Shown in pieces: positions 27,554 to 36,442 of a stretch of DNA of 37,630 nucleotides. Made by a program: the position numbers and the translations under genes. Location of the stretch: positions 1 to 37,630 of the forward strand of contig CAZVGK010000032.1 in assembly GCA_964626665.1 (NCBI GenBank), given 5' to 3'. The notes beneath the pieces were generated by a model. The model did not search any database. It had not been told where the DNA came from and worked only from the letters and a program-made list of their open reading frames with translations. Numbering within the stretch: the stretch's first letter is position 1; every line of letters starts with the position of its first letter. The stretch comes from an uncultured Gemmatimonadota bacterium. Its GTDB lineage: Bacteria > SM23-81 > DAOVCL01.

Positions 27554-28933
27554 ATGGAGAATAAAGAAGAGAAGCTCAGTCAACTCCCCTCGGTTGACCG
27601 AATCCTCAGACAGGGGACCCCTGAGAAACTGCCCCCGGAGCTCTTTGCTTGGGCAGTGAGGGTGACCCTAAAGAGGCGAAGGGAATTGCTTCTTCAGGGG
27701 GAGGGAGAACCGCCAAGCGGGGAAAAGATAAGGAGTGAGGCCGCTGAACTGGCCAATAGCCTTTTGCAACCTCATCTGAGGAGGGTGATAAATGCCACTG
27801 GGGTGATCTTGCACACGGGCCTGGGCCGGGCCCCTTTGTCCCAAGAGGCCAGGGATGCCCTACTTGAGGCCAGTGGTTATTGCAACTTGGAGTTTGAGCT
27901 GAAGAAGGGGGTAAGGGGGGAGAGAAACTCCCATATTCAAAGTCTTCTTTCCTATCTTACGGGGGCAGAGGCCTCCCTGGTGGTCAACAACAATGCGGCG
28001 GCCACCTATTTGACCCTCAATACCCTGGCACCAGAAAGGGAGGTAATCATCTCCCGCGGGGAGCTGGTGGAGATAGGCGGCTCCTTCAGACTCCCCTATA
28101 TAATGGAGGGAAGCGGAGCCACGATGAGAGAGGTGGGGACCACAAACCGCACTGCCTTGAGGGACTATGAAGAGGCCGTCATCGAGGATACCGCCCTGAT
28201 AATGAAGGTGCACCAAAGCAACTATCGTATCTCGGGGTTTACCTCCCAGGTTGAATTGGCTGACTTGGTCAGCTTGGGGAGAAGCCGGGGCCTCCCTGTG
28301 GTGCATGACATAGGGAGCGGGGCGCTGATCGACCTTTCGCTCTATGGGTTGCAGAAGGAACCCATAGCTGGGGAGAGCATAAAGAGCGGGGCAGACCTGG
28401 TCCTCTTCAGCGGGGATAAGCTCTTGGGTGGCCCCCAGGCTGGGGTGATCTTAGGTAAAGAGAACCTGATAAAGAGATTGAGGACAAATCAATTCTATCG
28501 GGCCTTCCGCGCGGGGAAACTTACCCTTTCCGCCTTAGAGGCCACCTTACGGCTCTTCCTCCACCCGGAGGAACTGCCTGATAGGCTCCCCCTTCTCCAC
28601 CTGCTGACCAGGTCCCCTCAGGAGGTAGAGAGGGAGGCCAAGAGGCTAGCTGCCGAACTTATAGGGATAATCAGCAAAAGGGGGACGGTAAAGCTTATCC
28701 CAGAGGTGGGCCAAGTTGGCGGGGGTTCCCTGGCCGGAGAGGAGTTGCCCACCACCTGTGTGGGGGTAACATTAAAGGGGCTTCCTGCCGGAAAGTTAGC
28801 CCAGAAGCTGCGGCTTTCCCAACCGCCCATTATCCCTCGGGTGAAAAGGGAGGAGGTCCTGCTCGACCTGAGGAGCTTAGAGGGGATAGATGAGATAGTC
28901 CTTGCCTTCCAGAGGATTATAGAGGAAGGTTAG
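27554..28933 (+). CDS. selA: L-seryl-tRNA(Sec) selenium transferase
   Basis: LPSVD, VINATGVILHTGLGRA, SRGELVEIGGSFR, EVGTTNRT, FSGDKLLGGPQAG (PLP Lys); likely start ATG27554. Confidence 0.95.
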   Translation: MENKEEKLSQLPSVDRILRQGTPEKLPPELFAWAVRVTLKRRRELLLQGEGEPPSGEKIRSEAAELANSLLQPHLRRVINATGVILHTGLGRAPLSQEARDALLEASGYCNLEFELKKGVRGERNSHIQSLLSYLTGAEASLVVNNNAAATYLTLNTLAPEREVIISRGELVEIGGSFRLPYIMEGSGATMREVGTTNRTALRDYEEAVIEDTALIMKVHQSNYRISGFTSQVELADLVSLGRSRGLPVVHDIGSGALIDLSLYGLQKEPIAGESIKSGADLVLFSGDKLLGGPQAGVILGKENLIKRLRTNQFYRAFRAGKLTLSALEATLRLFLHPEELPDRLPLLHLLTRSPQEVEREAKRLAAELIGIISKRGTVKLIPEVGQVGGGSLAGEELPTTCVGVTLKGLPAGKLAQKLRLSQPPIIPRVKREEVLLDLRSLEGIDEIVLAFQRIIEEG

Positions 28934-30799
28934 ATGGTTTACCCGTTGATCATTGGAACGGCTGGCCACATCGATCACGGCAAATCGGTCCTGGTCCAGG
29001 CCATCACGGGCCAGGATCCGGACCGGCTCCCGGAGGAAAAGCAGCGGGGGATGACCATCGATTTGGGGTTCGCCTTCTGGGGGGAGGATGTCGCCTTCAT
29101 AGATGTGCCTGGCCATGAAAGGCTGATCAGGAATATGGTGGCCGGGGTGAGTGGCATCGACCTTTTCCTCCTGGTTATTGCTGCCGACGAGGGGGTCAAA
29201 CCCCAAACCATAGAGCACCTCCAGATACTGCAGATCTTGGGGATAAAGGAAGGGGTAGTTGTCCTTACCAAAACGGACTTAGTAGATGCCCAGATCATAG
29301 AAAGGAGAAGGGGTGAGGTGGAGAGGCTCCTGTGGGGGACCCCACTGCAGGGTTCTCCCATACTCCCTGTCTCCGCCCTAACCGGCCAGGGATTGGAGGA
29401 GCTGAAAGAGGTCTTAAGGGAATTGTTGGAAGCCCGCGAAAAGGTGGGGGAGGGGGAAATCTTTAGGCTTCCGGTGGATCGCTCCTTCAGCATAAAGGGG
29501 TTTGGCACGGTGGTTACCGGGACGGTCATCTCCGGAAGGGTGGAGGTGGGGGAGGAGGTTGAACTTCTCCCCGCCAAAAGGCCCCTGAGGATAAGGGGCA
29601 TAGAGGTAATGGGCAAACCCCGCCCAGAGGTGAGGAGGGGGATGAGGGCAGCCCTCAACCTCAGGGGGATTGGCAAAGAGGAGATAAAAAGAGGGGACAG
29701 CTTGGCCACCCCCTCCTTTTTCCAACCAACAAGGAGGTTGGAGGGGGAGCTCTCCCTTCTCAAGGGCTTCCCCGGAGAGGTGAAAGGGGGAAGTTGGCTC
29801 AAATTCCTCACCGGGACAGCAGAGGTTGTGGGCCGGGTCTACCCCTTAGAGGGGAGGCCACTCAGAAGAGGTCAATCCGGATTGGTCAGGTTCAACTTGG
29901 AGGTCAACATCACCGGCGCCTTGGGAGACCGTTTTGTGGTGCGTATCCCCTCCCCTCCCTCTACGATCGGTGGCGGAGAGATACTTGACCCTTATCCTCC
30001 CACCAAGAGAAGGGGAGAAAGGTTGGACTACCTCAACGCCCTAAAGGGAAGAGAAGTCCCCCAGGTGATAAGGGAGAGGCTTCTCTGGAGGAGGTCCAGG
30101 GGAGCAACGGAAAACGAGCTCTGGCAAGCCACGCAACTCCCCTGGAAGCTGATAAGGGTCGGGCTGAGAGAGCTGCAGGAGAATGGCAACCTGGTTCGCT
30201 TAGGGGAGGGGTCCCATTACTTCCTCACATCTTCCCTTCTGAAACTCAAGGAGAGGATCATAGATGAGGTTAAGGGGTTCCATCGGCAAAACCCCTATAG
30301 GTTAGGGGTGGGAGAGGATGAGTTGGGTCACAGGCTTAGGGCGCACCTAGAGCTATATCGTAAGGCCTTGCAGGAGCTCCTGAAATCAGGGGAACTATCC
30401 CTCCATTCTGGCCGAAAACTGGCCCTTTCCTCCCATCACATCCCCCTCTCCCCGCAAGAGGAGCAGTTGAAGGAAGAATTAGAGGAGAGGTTCCTCAAGG
30501 GAGTATTCTCTCCCCCTTCCCCCCGAGAGCTTAAGAGGGGAGATGCCAGCCGGTTAATGGGGGTCCTCCAGGAGATGGGGGCCCTTGTCCCCACCGGCCA
30601 CTCTCTCCTCTTCCACGAAAAATGGGTAAAGAGGGCAGAGGAGTTACTCCGAGAGTACGTGCAGGAGAAGGGTGAGATAAACCTAAGGGAGTTTAAGGAA
30701 ATTCTGCACACGAGTCGCCGCTTCGCCCTTTCCCTTTTAACCTATTTTGACAACCAGGGTATAACCAGGAGGGTGGGGGAGGTGAGAAGGTTAAGATAG
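28934..30799 (+). CDS. selB: Selenocysteine-specific elongation factor
   Basis: GTAGHIDHGKS, RGMTIDLGF, DVPGHE, C-terminal winged helix TSRRFALSLLTYFD; abuts selA. Confidence 0.95.
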   Translation: MVYPLIIGTAGHIDHGKSVLVQAITGQDPDRLPEEKQRGMTIDLGFAFWGEDVAFIDVPGHERLIRNMVAGVSGIDLFLLVIAADEGVKPQTIEHLQILQILGIKEGVVVLTKTDLVDAQIIERRRGEVERLLWGTPLQGSPILPVSALTGQGLEELKEVLRELLEAREKVGEGEIFRLPVDRSFSIKGFGTVVTGTVISGRVEVGEEVELLPAKRPLRIRGIEVMGKPRPEVRRGMRAALNLRGIGKEEIKRGDSLATPSFFQPTRRLEGELSLLKGFPGEVKGGSWLKFLTGTAEVVGRVYPLEGRPLRRGQSGLVRFNLEVNITGALGDRFVVRIPSPPSTIGGGEILDPYPPTKRRGERLDYLNALKGREVPQVIRERLLWRRSRGATENELWQATQLPWKLIRVGLRELQENGNLVRLGEGSHYFLTSSLLKLKERIIDEVKGFHRQNPYRLGVGEDELGHRLRAHLELYRKALQELLKSGELSLHSGRKLALSSHHIPLSPQEEQLKEELEERFLKGVFSPPSPRELKRGDASRLMGVLQEMGALVPTGHSLLFHEKWVKRAEELLREYVQEKGEINLREFKEILHTSRRFALSLLTYFDNQGITRRVGEVRRLR

Positions 30800-31034
30800 A
30801 GAGACAGAATCACCACTGGCAAACAGCGCTGCCCACCAAGACCCATATTCATCCACCGCGGACTTCATTGGAGCGTCCGAAAGAAGCGGACAAAGATCCC
30901 GATCTCCAGCCCAAAGTCCAAACGAACAGATCCCTTTCCCAAGCCGTCAGAACCCCTGTTCTACGCCAATGGAAAAGGTGATGGTTCTGCTTGGGGAGAT
31001 CAATCAAAGGCTCCACTGCAAAAACCATAGGATC

Positions 31035-31111
31035 GGTAGCCGCAGGCTTCAGCCTGCGGGAGGAAGTCCCATTAAGTCAACCATTTACGCAACCTAAAGG
31101 TTGCGGCTACC
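31035..31111. repeat. GTAG-family REP doublet
   Basis: gtagcCGCAGGCttcaGCCTGCG ... CGCAACCtaaaGGTTGCGgctac. Confidence 0.85.
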
Positions 31112-31162
31112 TAATTTTGCGACTGTCAAGTTTTTCAGGAAAGACAATACTTAAGGGGCGGG

Positions 31163-31965
31163 ATGCCTGAACTGCCAGACCTGGAGCATATAAAGGAGGT
31201 TCTCAAGCAAAGGTTGGAGGAAGAGAAGGTGGAGAAGGTTGAAATCCTCCGTCCCCTCATCCTTCGCTGCCTCCAAGGGGAGCTCATCTCCGTAAGCGAG
31301 GGGGTGCCGCTCCAATCTGTGCAACGAAGAGGTAAATTTCTTCTCCTCTCCTTTAAAAGTGGCACGCTTGTCTTCCACCTTATGCTTCCCGGAAGGTTCC
31401 AACTTGCTTAGAGGAGGGAACGGCGGAAGTCGCACATCTGCCTCGTCTTCCGCTTCGCTGCCGGGGCGGAACTTCGCTATTTGACCCCAAGCTTATGGGC
31501 AGAATCCACTTGGCTCAAGGGCAGGACTTCTCTAAGATACCCCAATTTTCAGAATTAGGCCCTGATGCCTTAAATGAATTCCCCGGTCTGGAGGAGTTTG
31601 AATCCAGGCTCCGCCATTTCCGGGGAATGATCAAGAATATCCTCACCAACCAGAGGTTTTTAGCTTATATTGGAAATGCCTATGCAGATGAGATCCTCTT
31701 TGCCGCCCACATCTCCCCCCTGAGAAAAAGTTCCAGCCTCTCTCCAGGGGAGGTCAAATCCCTCTACTGGGCTATCGGTTCAGTGCTAACTGAGGCCATA
31801 GAGATAATCAAGGAAAGGGTTGGGGAAAAGATAGAGGTTGAGGAGAGGGGGTTCTTCAGGGTGCATCGGAAGGGCGGGAACCCCTGCCCAGTCTGTGAAA
31901 CCAACCTTACCGAGGTTTCCCCCCACCGACGAATCACCACCTTCTGCAGAAACTGCCAGAGGTAA
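31163..31965 (+). pseudogene. mutM: Fpg/Nei DNA glycosylase with an in-frame stop and a frameshift
   Basis: MPELPD, RRGKFL, HLM; TAG at 31409-31411; reading continues ..ELRY then shifts to FDPKLMG (1-nt loss near 31480); H2TH IGNAYADEIL; zinc finger CPVC..CRNCQ. Confidence 0.85.
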
Positions 31966-32017
31966 ATCCGACCAGCCACCCAAAATTGAATTTAGCCGCC
32001 TGTTAACGGAACCTTTC

Positions 32018-32200
32018 TGACATGATAACAGGATTTACATGATCTTTATCTGCTCCGTCCAACCCGCATTTGCATCATAACATTCAAATCAGCTACCATT
32101 GAAATTAACCCCTTCAATTTAATTGCCACGAGGAAAGCAGGCAGGGACGAATTTTATTTATCCTGCTCATCCTGTCAATCCTGTCTAAAAATGGAAGTTC
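32018..32200. repeat. Segment bounded by inverted GACAGGAT-type 9-mer repeats
   Basis: tgacatgataacaggatttacatgat ... atcctgctcatcctgtcaatcctgtctaaaaatgg. Confidence 0.6.
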
Positions 32201-32218
32201 CAAAATGTCAATTTGGCC

Positions 32219-32247
32219 TTGACTCCAAGATTGTTTCCCCGTATAAT
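32219..32247 (+). promoter_or_regulatory. sigma70 promoter of the PBP1A gene
   Basis: TTGACT, 17 bp, TATAAT, 9 nt before in-frame ATG32257. Confidence 0.75.
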
Positions 32248-32256
32248 CTACTTGGA

Positions 32257-34365
32257 ATGATTAAAAACTTTTTTAGAACCCAGAAAAGGGTGATAATTGG
32301 CTGTGGGGTTTTCTGGGCCTTTATCCTCCTGGTGCTCTTCTCCCTGCTGCTCACCTATCGCCGCAGCCTTCCTTCTCTGGCCCAGTTGGAAAACTACGAA
32401 CCCAGCCTAATCACCAGGGTATATGCCGCAGATGGAGAGGAGCTCAAGGAATATTACAAGGAAAAAAGGGTGCTCGTCCCCCTGAAGGATATGCCTCCCT
32501 ATCTGCTCAATGCCCTCCTGGCTACAGAGGACAGGAAGTTCCATCGGCACTGGGGGGTGGACCTCCATCGCATAGCTGGAGCTCTTTGGGCAGATGTGAA
32601 AGCACATCGGCTTGTTCAAGGGGCCAGCACCATCACCCAACAGTTGGCCAGGACCCTCTTCTTAACCCCGCGAAGGACCTTCTCCCGCAAGGTTAAGGAA
32701 GTCCTCACCGCAATTAGAATCGAGAAAACATACTCCAAAGATGAGATCCTCCAGATGTATCTCAACCAGAACTACTTCGGCAATGGAGCCTACGGGGTGG
32801 GAGCTGCCTCCCAGGTTTACTTCTCCAAAGAGGTGAGGGATCTGAACATCGCTGAATGCGCCCTCCTGGTGGGCCTCCTCAAAGCCCCCAGCAAGTATGA
32901 ACCCTTTGACCACCCCCAGAGGGCCCTGCGCAGGAGAAACCTGGTCATCAAATCCCTTCTAACTTGGGGGAAAATCTCCCAGAGCAAGGCCGACAGCTTA
33001 AAAGCCCTCCCCCTGGAACTCAACCCCAATGTGGAGGCCAAGGGCGAGGCCCCCTATTTCACAGAATTGGTGAGAAGGTATTTGGAGAAGAAATACGGGG
33101 AGGAGATGCTCTACCGCGGTGGCCTATCGGTCTATACCACCCTCGATCTGCAGATGCAACGGGCCGCAGAGGAGGCTATGCAGAGGAACCTAAACAAGCT
33201 CCAGGCCAAGATAGAGAGGGCACACCCTTTAACCGACACTGTCTACACCATACCCCTCCCCGATTCAACAAACGAGGGGGAGGAGAGGGAATACAAGAAG
33301 GTCCAAGGGGCCTTGGTGGCCATTGAGCCGGGGACCGGGTTCATTAAGGCCCTGGTGGGCGGTAGGGATTTCACGGAGAGTGAGTTCAACCGGGTCACCC
33401 AGGCCAGACGCCAGCCCGGTTCGGCCTTCAAGCCATTTGTCTATACGGCAGCCGTTGACAACGGGTTCAAGCCCACGGATATTATCTACGATACCCCCAT
33501 AGTCTTGAACGATGAGAAGAGGGGGCTCTGGCGCCCTGAGAACTATGACCACATCTTTAAGGGGCCAACAACCTTGAGAACGGCCTTAGCCCTATCTAGA
33601 AATGTGGTCTCCATTAAGCTCTTGGAGAAGCTTACCCCCAGGCAGGCCGTCTTCTATGCCCATCGGATGGGGATAAAAACTCCTCTGAGGGCTGTTCCCT
33701 CCCTGGCCATCGGCACATCTGAGGTTATCCCCCTGGAATTGGTCTCGGCCCTTGCCGTATTCCCCAATCAAGGGGTGAGAATAGACCCCATCTACATAAC
33801 CAGGATAACCGACAGGGAGGGAAACATCTTGGAGGAGAACTCCCCTTACAAGGAGGAGGTGCTCAACGAGCAGACGGCCTATATAATAACCAATATGCTG
33901 GAGTCGGTGATGAACAGGGGGACGGGATATGGAGCCCGCCGGAGGGGCTTCCGCCGCCCAGCCGGGGGGAAGACGGGCACTACAGACAACTTTACCGACG
34001 CCTGGTTTGTGGGCTTTACCCCGCAATTGGTGGCCGGTGTCTGGGTTGGCTTTGACGACCTTACCCCCTTGGGGGAAGGGGAGACCGGGGCAAGGGCGGC
34101 CCTGCCCATTTGGACTGATTTTATGCTTGCCGCCCATCGGGGACTGCCGGTAAAGGATTTCCCGGTTCCCCCAGGTATTAGCTTCGTAGATGTCTGCGCG
34201 GAAAGCGGACTATTGCCCACCAAGCGATGTCCAAAAGTAGTTAAAGAGGTCTTCATCAAGGGGACCGAACCCACCCAAAGGTGCAATCTTCCCCACAACA
34301 TCCCCAAGGAGGTTCACCCCTCTCAACCTAAGGGGGGGACCCCCTCGGAGGAGATACACTTTTGA
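32257..34365 (+). CDS. Class A penicillin-binding protein (PBP1A family)
   Basis: N-terminal TM; EDRKF..H.G, GASTITQQ, RKVKE, YLNQ; SAFK, SRN and KTG motifs. Confidence 0.93.
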   Translation: MIKNFFRTQKRVIIGCGVFWAFILLVLFSLLLTYRRSLPSLAQLENYEPSLITRVYAADGEELKEYYKEKRVLVPLKDMPPYLLNALLATEDRKFHRHWGVDLHRIAGALWADVKAHRLVQGASTITQQLARTLFLTPRRTFSRKVKEVLTAIRIEKTYSKDEILQMYLNQNYFGNGAYGVGAASQVYFSKEVRDLNIAECALLVGLLKAPSKYEPFDHPQRALRRRNLVIKSLLTWGKISQSKADSLKALPLELNPNVEAKGEAPYFTELVRRYLEKKYGEEMLYRGGLSVYTTLDLQMQRAAEEAMQRNLNKLQAKIERAHPLTDTVYTIPLPDSTNEGEEREYKKVQGALVAIEPGTGFIKALVGGRDFTESEFNRVTQARRQPGSAFKPFVYTAAVDNGFKPTDIIYDTPIVLNDEKRGLWRPENYDHIFKGPTTLRTALALSRNVVSIKLLEKLTPRQAVFYAHRMGIKTPLRAVPSLAIGTSEVIPLELVSALAVFPNQGVRIDPIYITRITDREGNILEENSPYKEEVLNEQTAYIITNMLESVMNRGTGYGARRRGFRRPAGGKTGTTDNFTDAWFVGFTPQLVAGVWVGFDDLTPLGEGETGARAALPIWTDFMLAAHRGLPVKDFPVPPGISFVDVCAESGLLPTKRCPKVVKEVFIKGTEPTQRCNLPHNIPKEVHPSQPKGGTPSEEIHF

Positions 34366-35677
34366 CCCCATCTTCGGTGACCAGATAGAGGATTAAAGGG
34401 CGAACTTGCAGAGGGTCTTCGCTCAACTGGTAAGCGCTCTGCACCAGTTGCAGAGCTTCCCTTCCCTCCCCTTCCCCGGAAGCATGGACAAAGGCCAAAT
34501 CCTCTCCCTCTCTCACCTCATCGCCCCTCCTTTTCAGCAACTCCACCCCTACCGCATAATCGATCTTGCTTGTCAGATCCTTCCTCCCCCCTCCCAAGGC
34601 CACCACCGCCTGGCCAATTAGCTTGGCATCGAGGGAGGTCACCCAGCCACTGGCCTCCGCCTTGGCCACAATCTTCAATTTGGCTTGGGGTAAAGCCCGC
34701 GGATCATCAATCACCCTCAGGTCTCCCCCCTGGGCCTTTACCATCTCCCCAAACTTGGCCAGGGCTTCACCACCTTCTATCACCCCCCTAATCCTCTCCT
34801 CCCCATCCCTAATATCCTTGGCCACCTGGGCCAGAAGCAGCATCTGCGCCCCTAAGGCAATGGTTATCTCCCGCAAATCCAGCGGTCCTTCCCCCTTGAG
34901 CAGTTCTATTACCTCCTTCACCTCCAGGCCATTCCCCGCCATTCTGCCTAAGGGTTGATCCATATCAGTCACCAAGGCCACTACCCTCTTGCCGAATTTA
35001 AGGCCAATACCGATTATGGTTCTGGCCAACTGAAAGGCCTTCTCCTCCTGGTTGAAAACCGCTCCGCGGCCCAGCTTTACATCGAGGACCAGGCCATCGA
35101 GGCCGGCGGCTAACTTCTTGCTCATTATGCTGGAGGCGATTAAGGGGATGGAATCCACCGTGGCGGTAACATCCCTCAGGGCATAGATTTTGGCGTCTGC
35201 TGGGGCCAGCTCAGGGGTCTGGCCGATGATGGAAACCCCAATGCGGGAGAGGTTCCTCTTGAACTCCTCAATGGTCAACAGAGTCTTGAATCCGGGGATG
35301 GACTCTAACTTGTCCAAGGTCCCCCCGGTATGCCCCAATCCCCGCCCGGAGATCATCGGGACTACAGCCCCGGCTGCGGCCACCGCTGGGGCCAGCACCA
35401 GGGAGACCTTGTCCCCCACTCCCCCTGTGCTGTGTTTGTCCACCTTCTTTCCGGGAATATCCGAAAGGTCGAGCGCCTGGCCGGAGTGGAGCATTGAGGT
35501 GGTCAGCGAAAAGGTCTCCTCCTGGTTCATCCCCCTGAGGAAGATGGCCATTAACAGGGAGGCCATCTGGTAGTTGGGGGTCTCCCCCTTGGTGAAGCCG
35601 GAGACGAAATAATCTATCTCCTCTGGGCTTAAAGCTCCTCCATCCCTCTTCTTGCTTATGACCTCATAGGCTCTCAT
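34328..35677 (-). CDS. pdp: Pyrimidine-nucleoside (thymidine) phosphorylase
   Basis: DKHSTGGVGDK, SGRGLGHTGGTLDKLE, LRDVTATV, SSIMSKK. Confidence 0.93.
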   Translation of the reverse strand: MRAYEVISKKRDGGALSPEEIDYFVSGFTKGETPNYQMASLLMAIFLRGMNQEETFSLTTSMLHSGQALDLSDIPGKKVDKHSTGGVGDKVSLVLAPAVAAAGAVVPMISGRGLGHTGGTLDKLESIPGFKTLLTIEEFKRNLSRIGVSIIGQTPELAPADAKIYALRDVTATVDSIPLIASSIMSKKLAAGLDGLVLDVKLGRGAVFNQEEKAFQLARTIIGIGLKFGKRVVALVTDMDQPLGRMAGNGLEVKEVIELLKGEGPLDLREITIALGAQMLLLAQVAKDIRDGEERIRGVIEGGEALAKFGEMVKAQGGDLRVIDDPRALPQAKLKIVAKAEASGWVTSLDAKLIGQAVVALGGGRKDLTSKIDYAVGVELLKRRGDEVREGEDLAFVHASGEGEGREALQLVQSAYQLSEDPLQVRPLILYLVTEDGVKSVSPPRGSPP

Positions 35678-36164
35678 CTTCCTCCATCCCTTTGGCCATC
35701 AGGAAACCTCTGGCCCTCTCCGTATATGGATAACGGTTGACCAACCCCCAGAACCTCGGGCTATGGTTTGGCTCCTCCAGGTGGGCCAGCTCATGGACAA
35801 TCACATAATCCCTCACCCAATCGGGCATGCGGGTCAACCGATGCGATATCCTGATCTTCCCCTGTCGATACTGACAACTGCCAAACCTTTTCGCCTGATT
35901 GGTCACCCACTCGATCGATTTGAACCTCAGTCTTCCGGAGAAATATTTTCTGTTCAATGATTGGGCCACCTTAGCCAAATCAACCTCTTTGTTCAACCTC
36001 CCTTGCAGTTTCCTCCGCTCCACCCTCTTACGAATACTTTCAATGATCTCCGCAAGGCTTCCCTCATCGATCCTTTCCGGGGCATAGACCAAGAGCCTAT
36101 CGTCAACGACCCTTGCCTGAACGGTCTTCTTCCTCCTTTTGCTCCTTATTATCTCTATCTTCAT
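35664..36164 (-). CDS. YgjP/DUF45 (M48-like) metal-dependent hydrolase
   Basis: IIRSKRRKKT, RFGSC, DYVIVHELAHL..NHS.RFW; overlaps the pdp start. Confidence 0.85.
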   Translation of the reverse strand: MKIEIIRSKRRKKTVQARVVDDRLLVYAPERIDEGSLAEIIESIRKRVERRKLQGRLNKEVDLAKVAQSLNRKYFSGRLRFKSIEWVTNQAKRFGSCQYRQGKIRISHRLTRMPDWVRDYVIVHELAHLEEPNHSPRFWGLVNRYPYTERARGFLMAKGMEEDESL

Positions 36165-36179
36165 CGGCCTCTCCAAAGC

Positions 36180-36211
36180 GAGGTGGCAGAATCCCGATTC
36201 TGCCGTCCTCC
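36180..36211. repeat. Family A hairpin, partial copy 3
   Basis: gaggtggcagaatcccgattctgccgtcctcc. Confidence 0.6.
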
Positions 36212-36442
36212 TCTTTAACTAATTATCCCATTATGCTACACCAATCCCCTGAGAAAATCAAGCCATTTTTCTTTGAGGGTTGGCTGATGACCCACATGGT
36301 AATCACCATAGATAGTGTCTGTCCGAAAACTACTAAAATTGAAATATTCCCGTCATGGCGAGCGATGGAAGGAGCGAGGCAATCTTATGGAAGAAACCTT
36401 AAGCGCTATTTAAAGATTCACCCCCGTTCCATTCCCAATCTC

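Noticed and set aside
30800-31160. tRNA-Sec (selC) downstream of selB
   Set aside because: ggacttca is present, but there is no TTCAAA anticodon loop, T-arm GTTCGA or acceptor stem on either strand.
31409-31411. Pyrrolysine or stop-codon readthrough in fpg
   Set aside because: A separate frameshift follows ~70 bp later, and other genes here use TAG as a normal stop.
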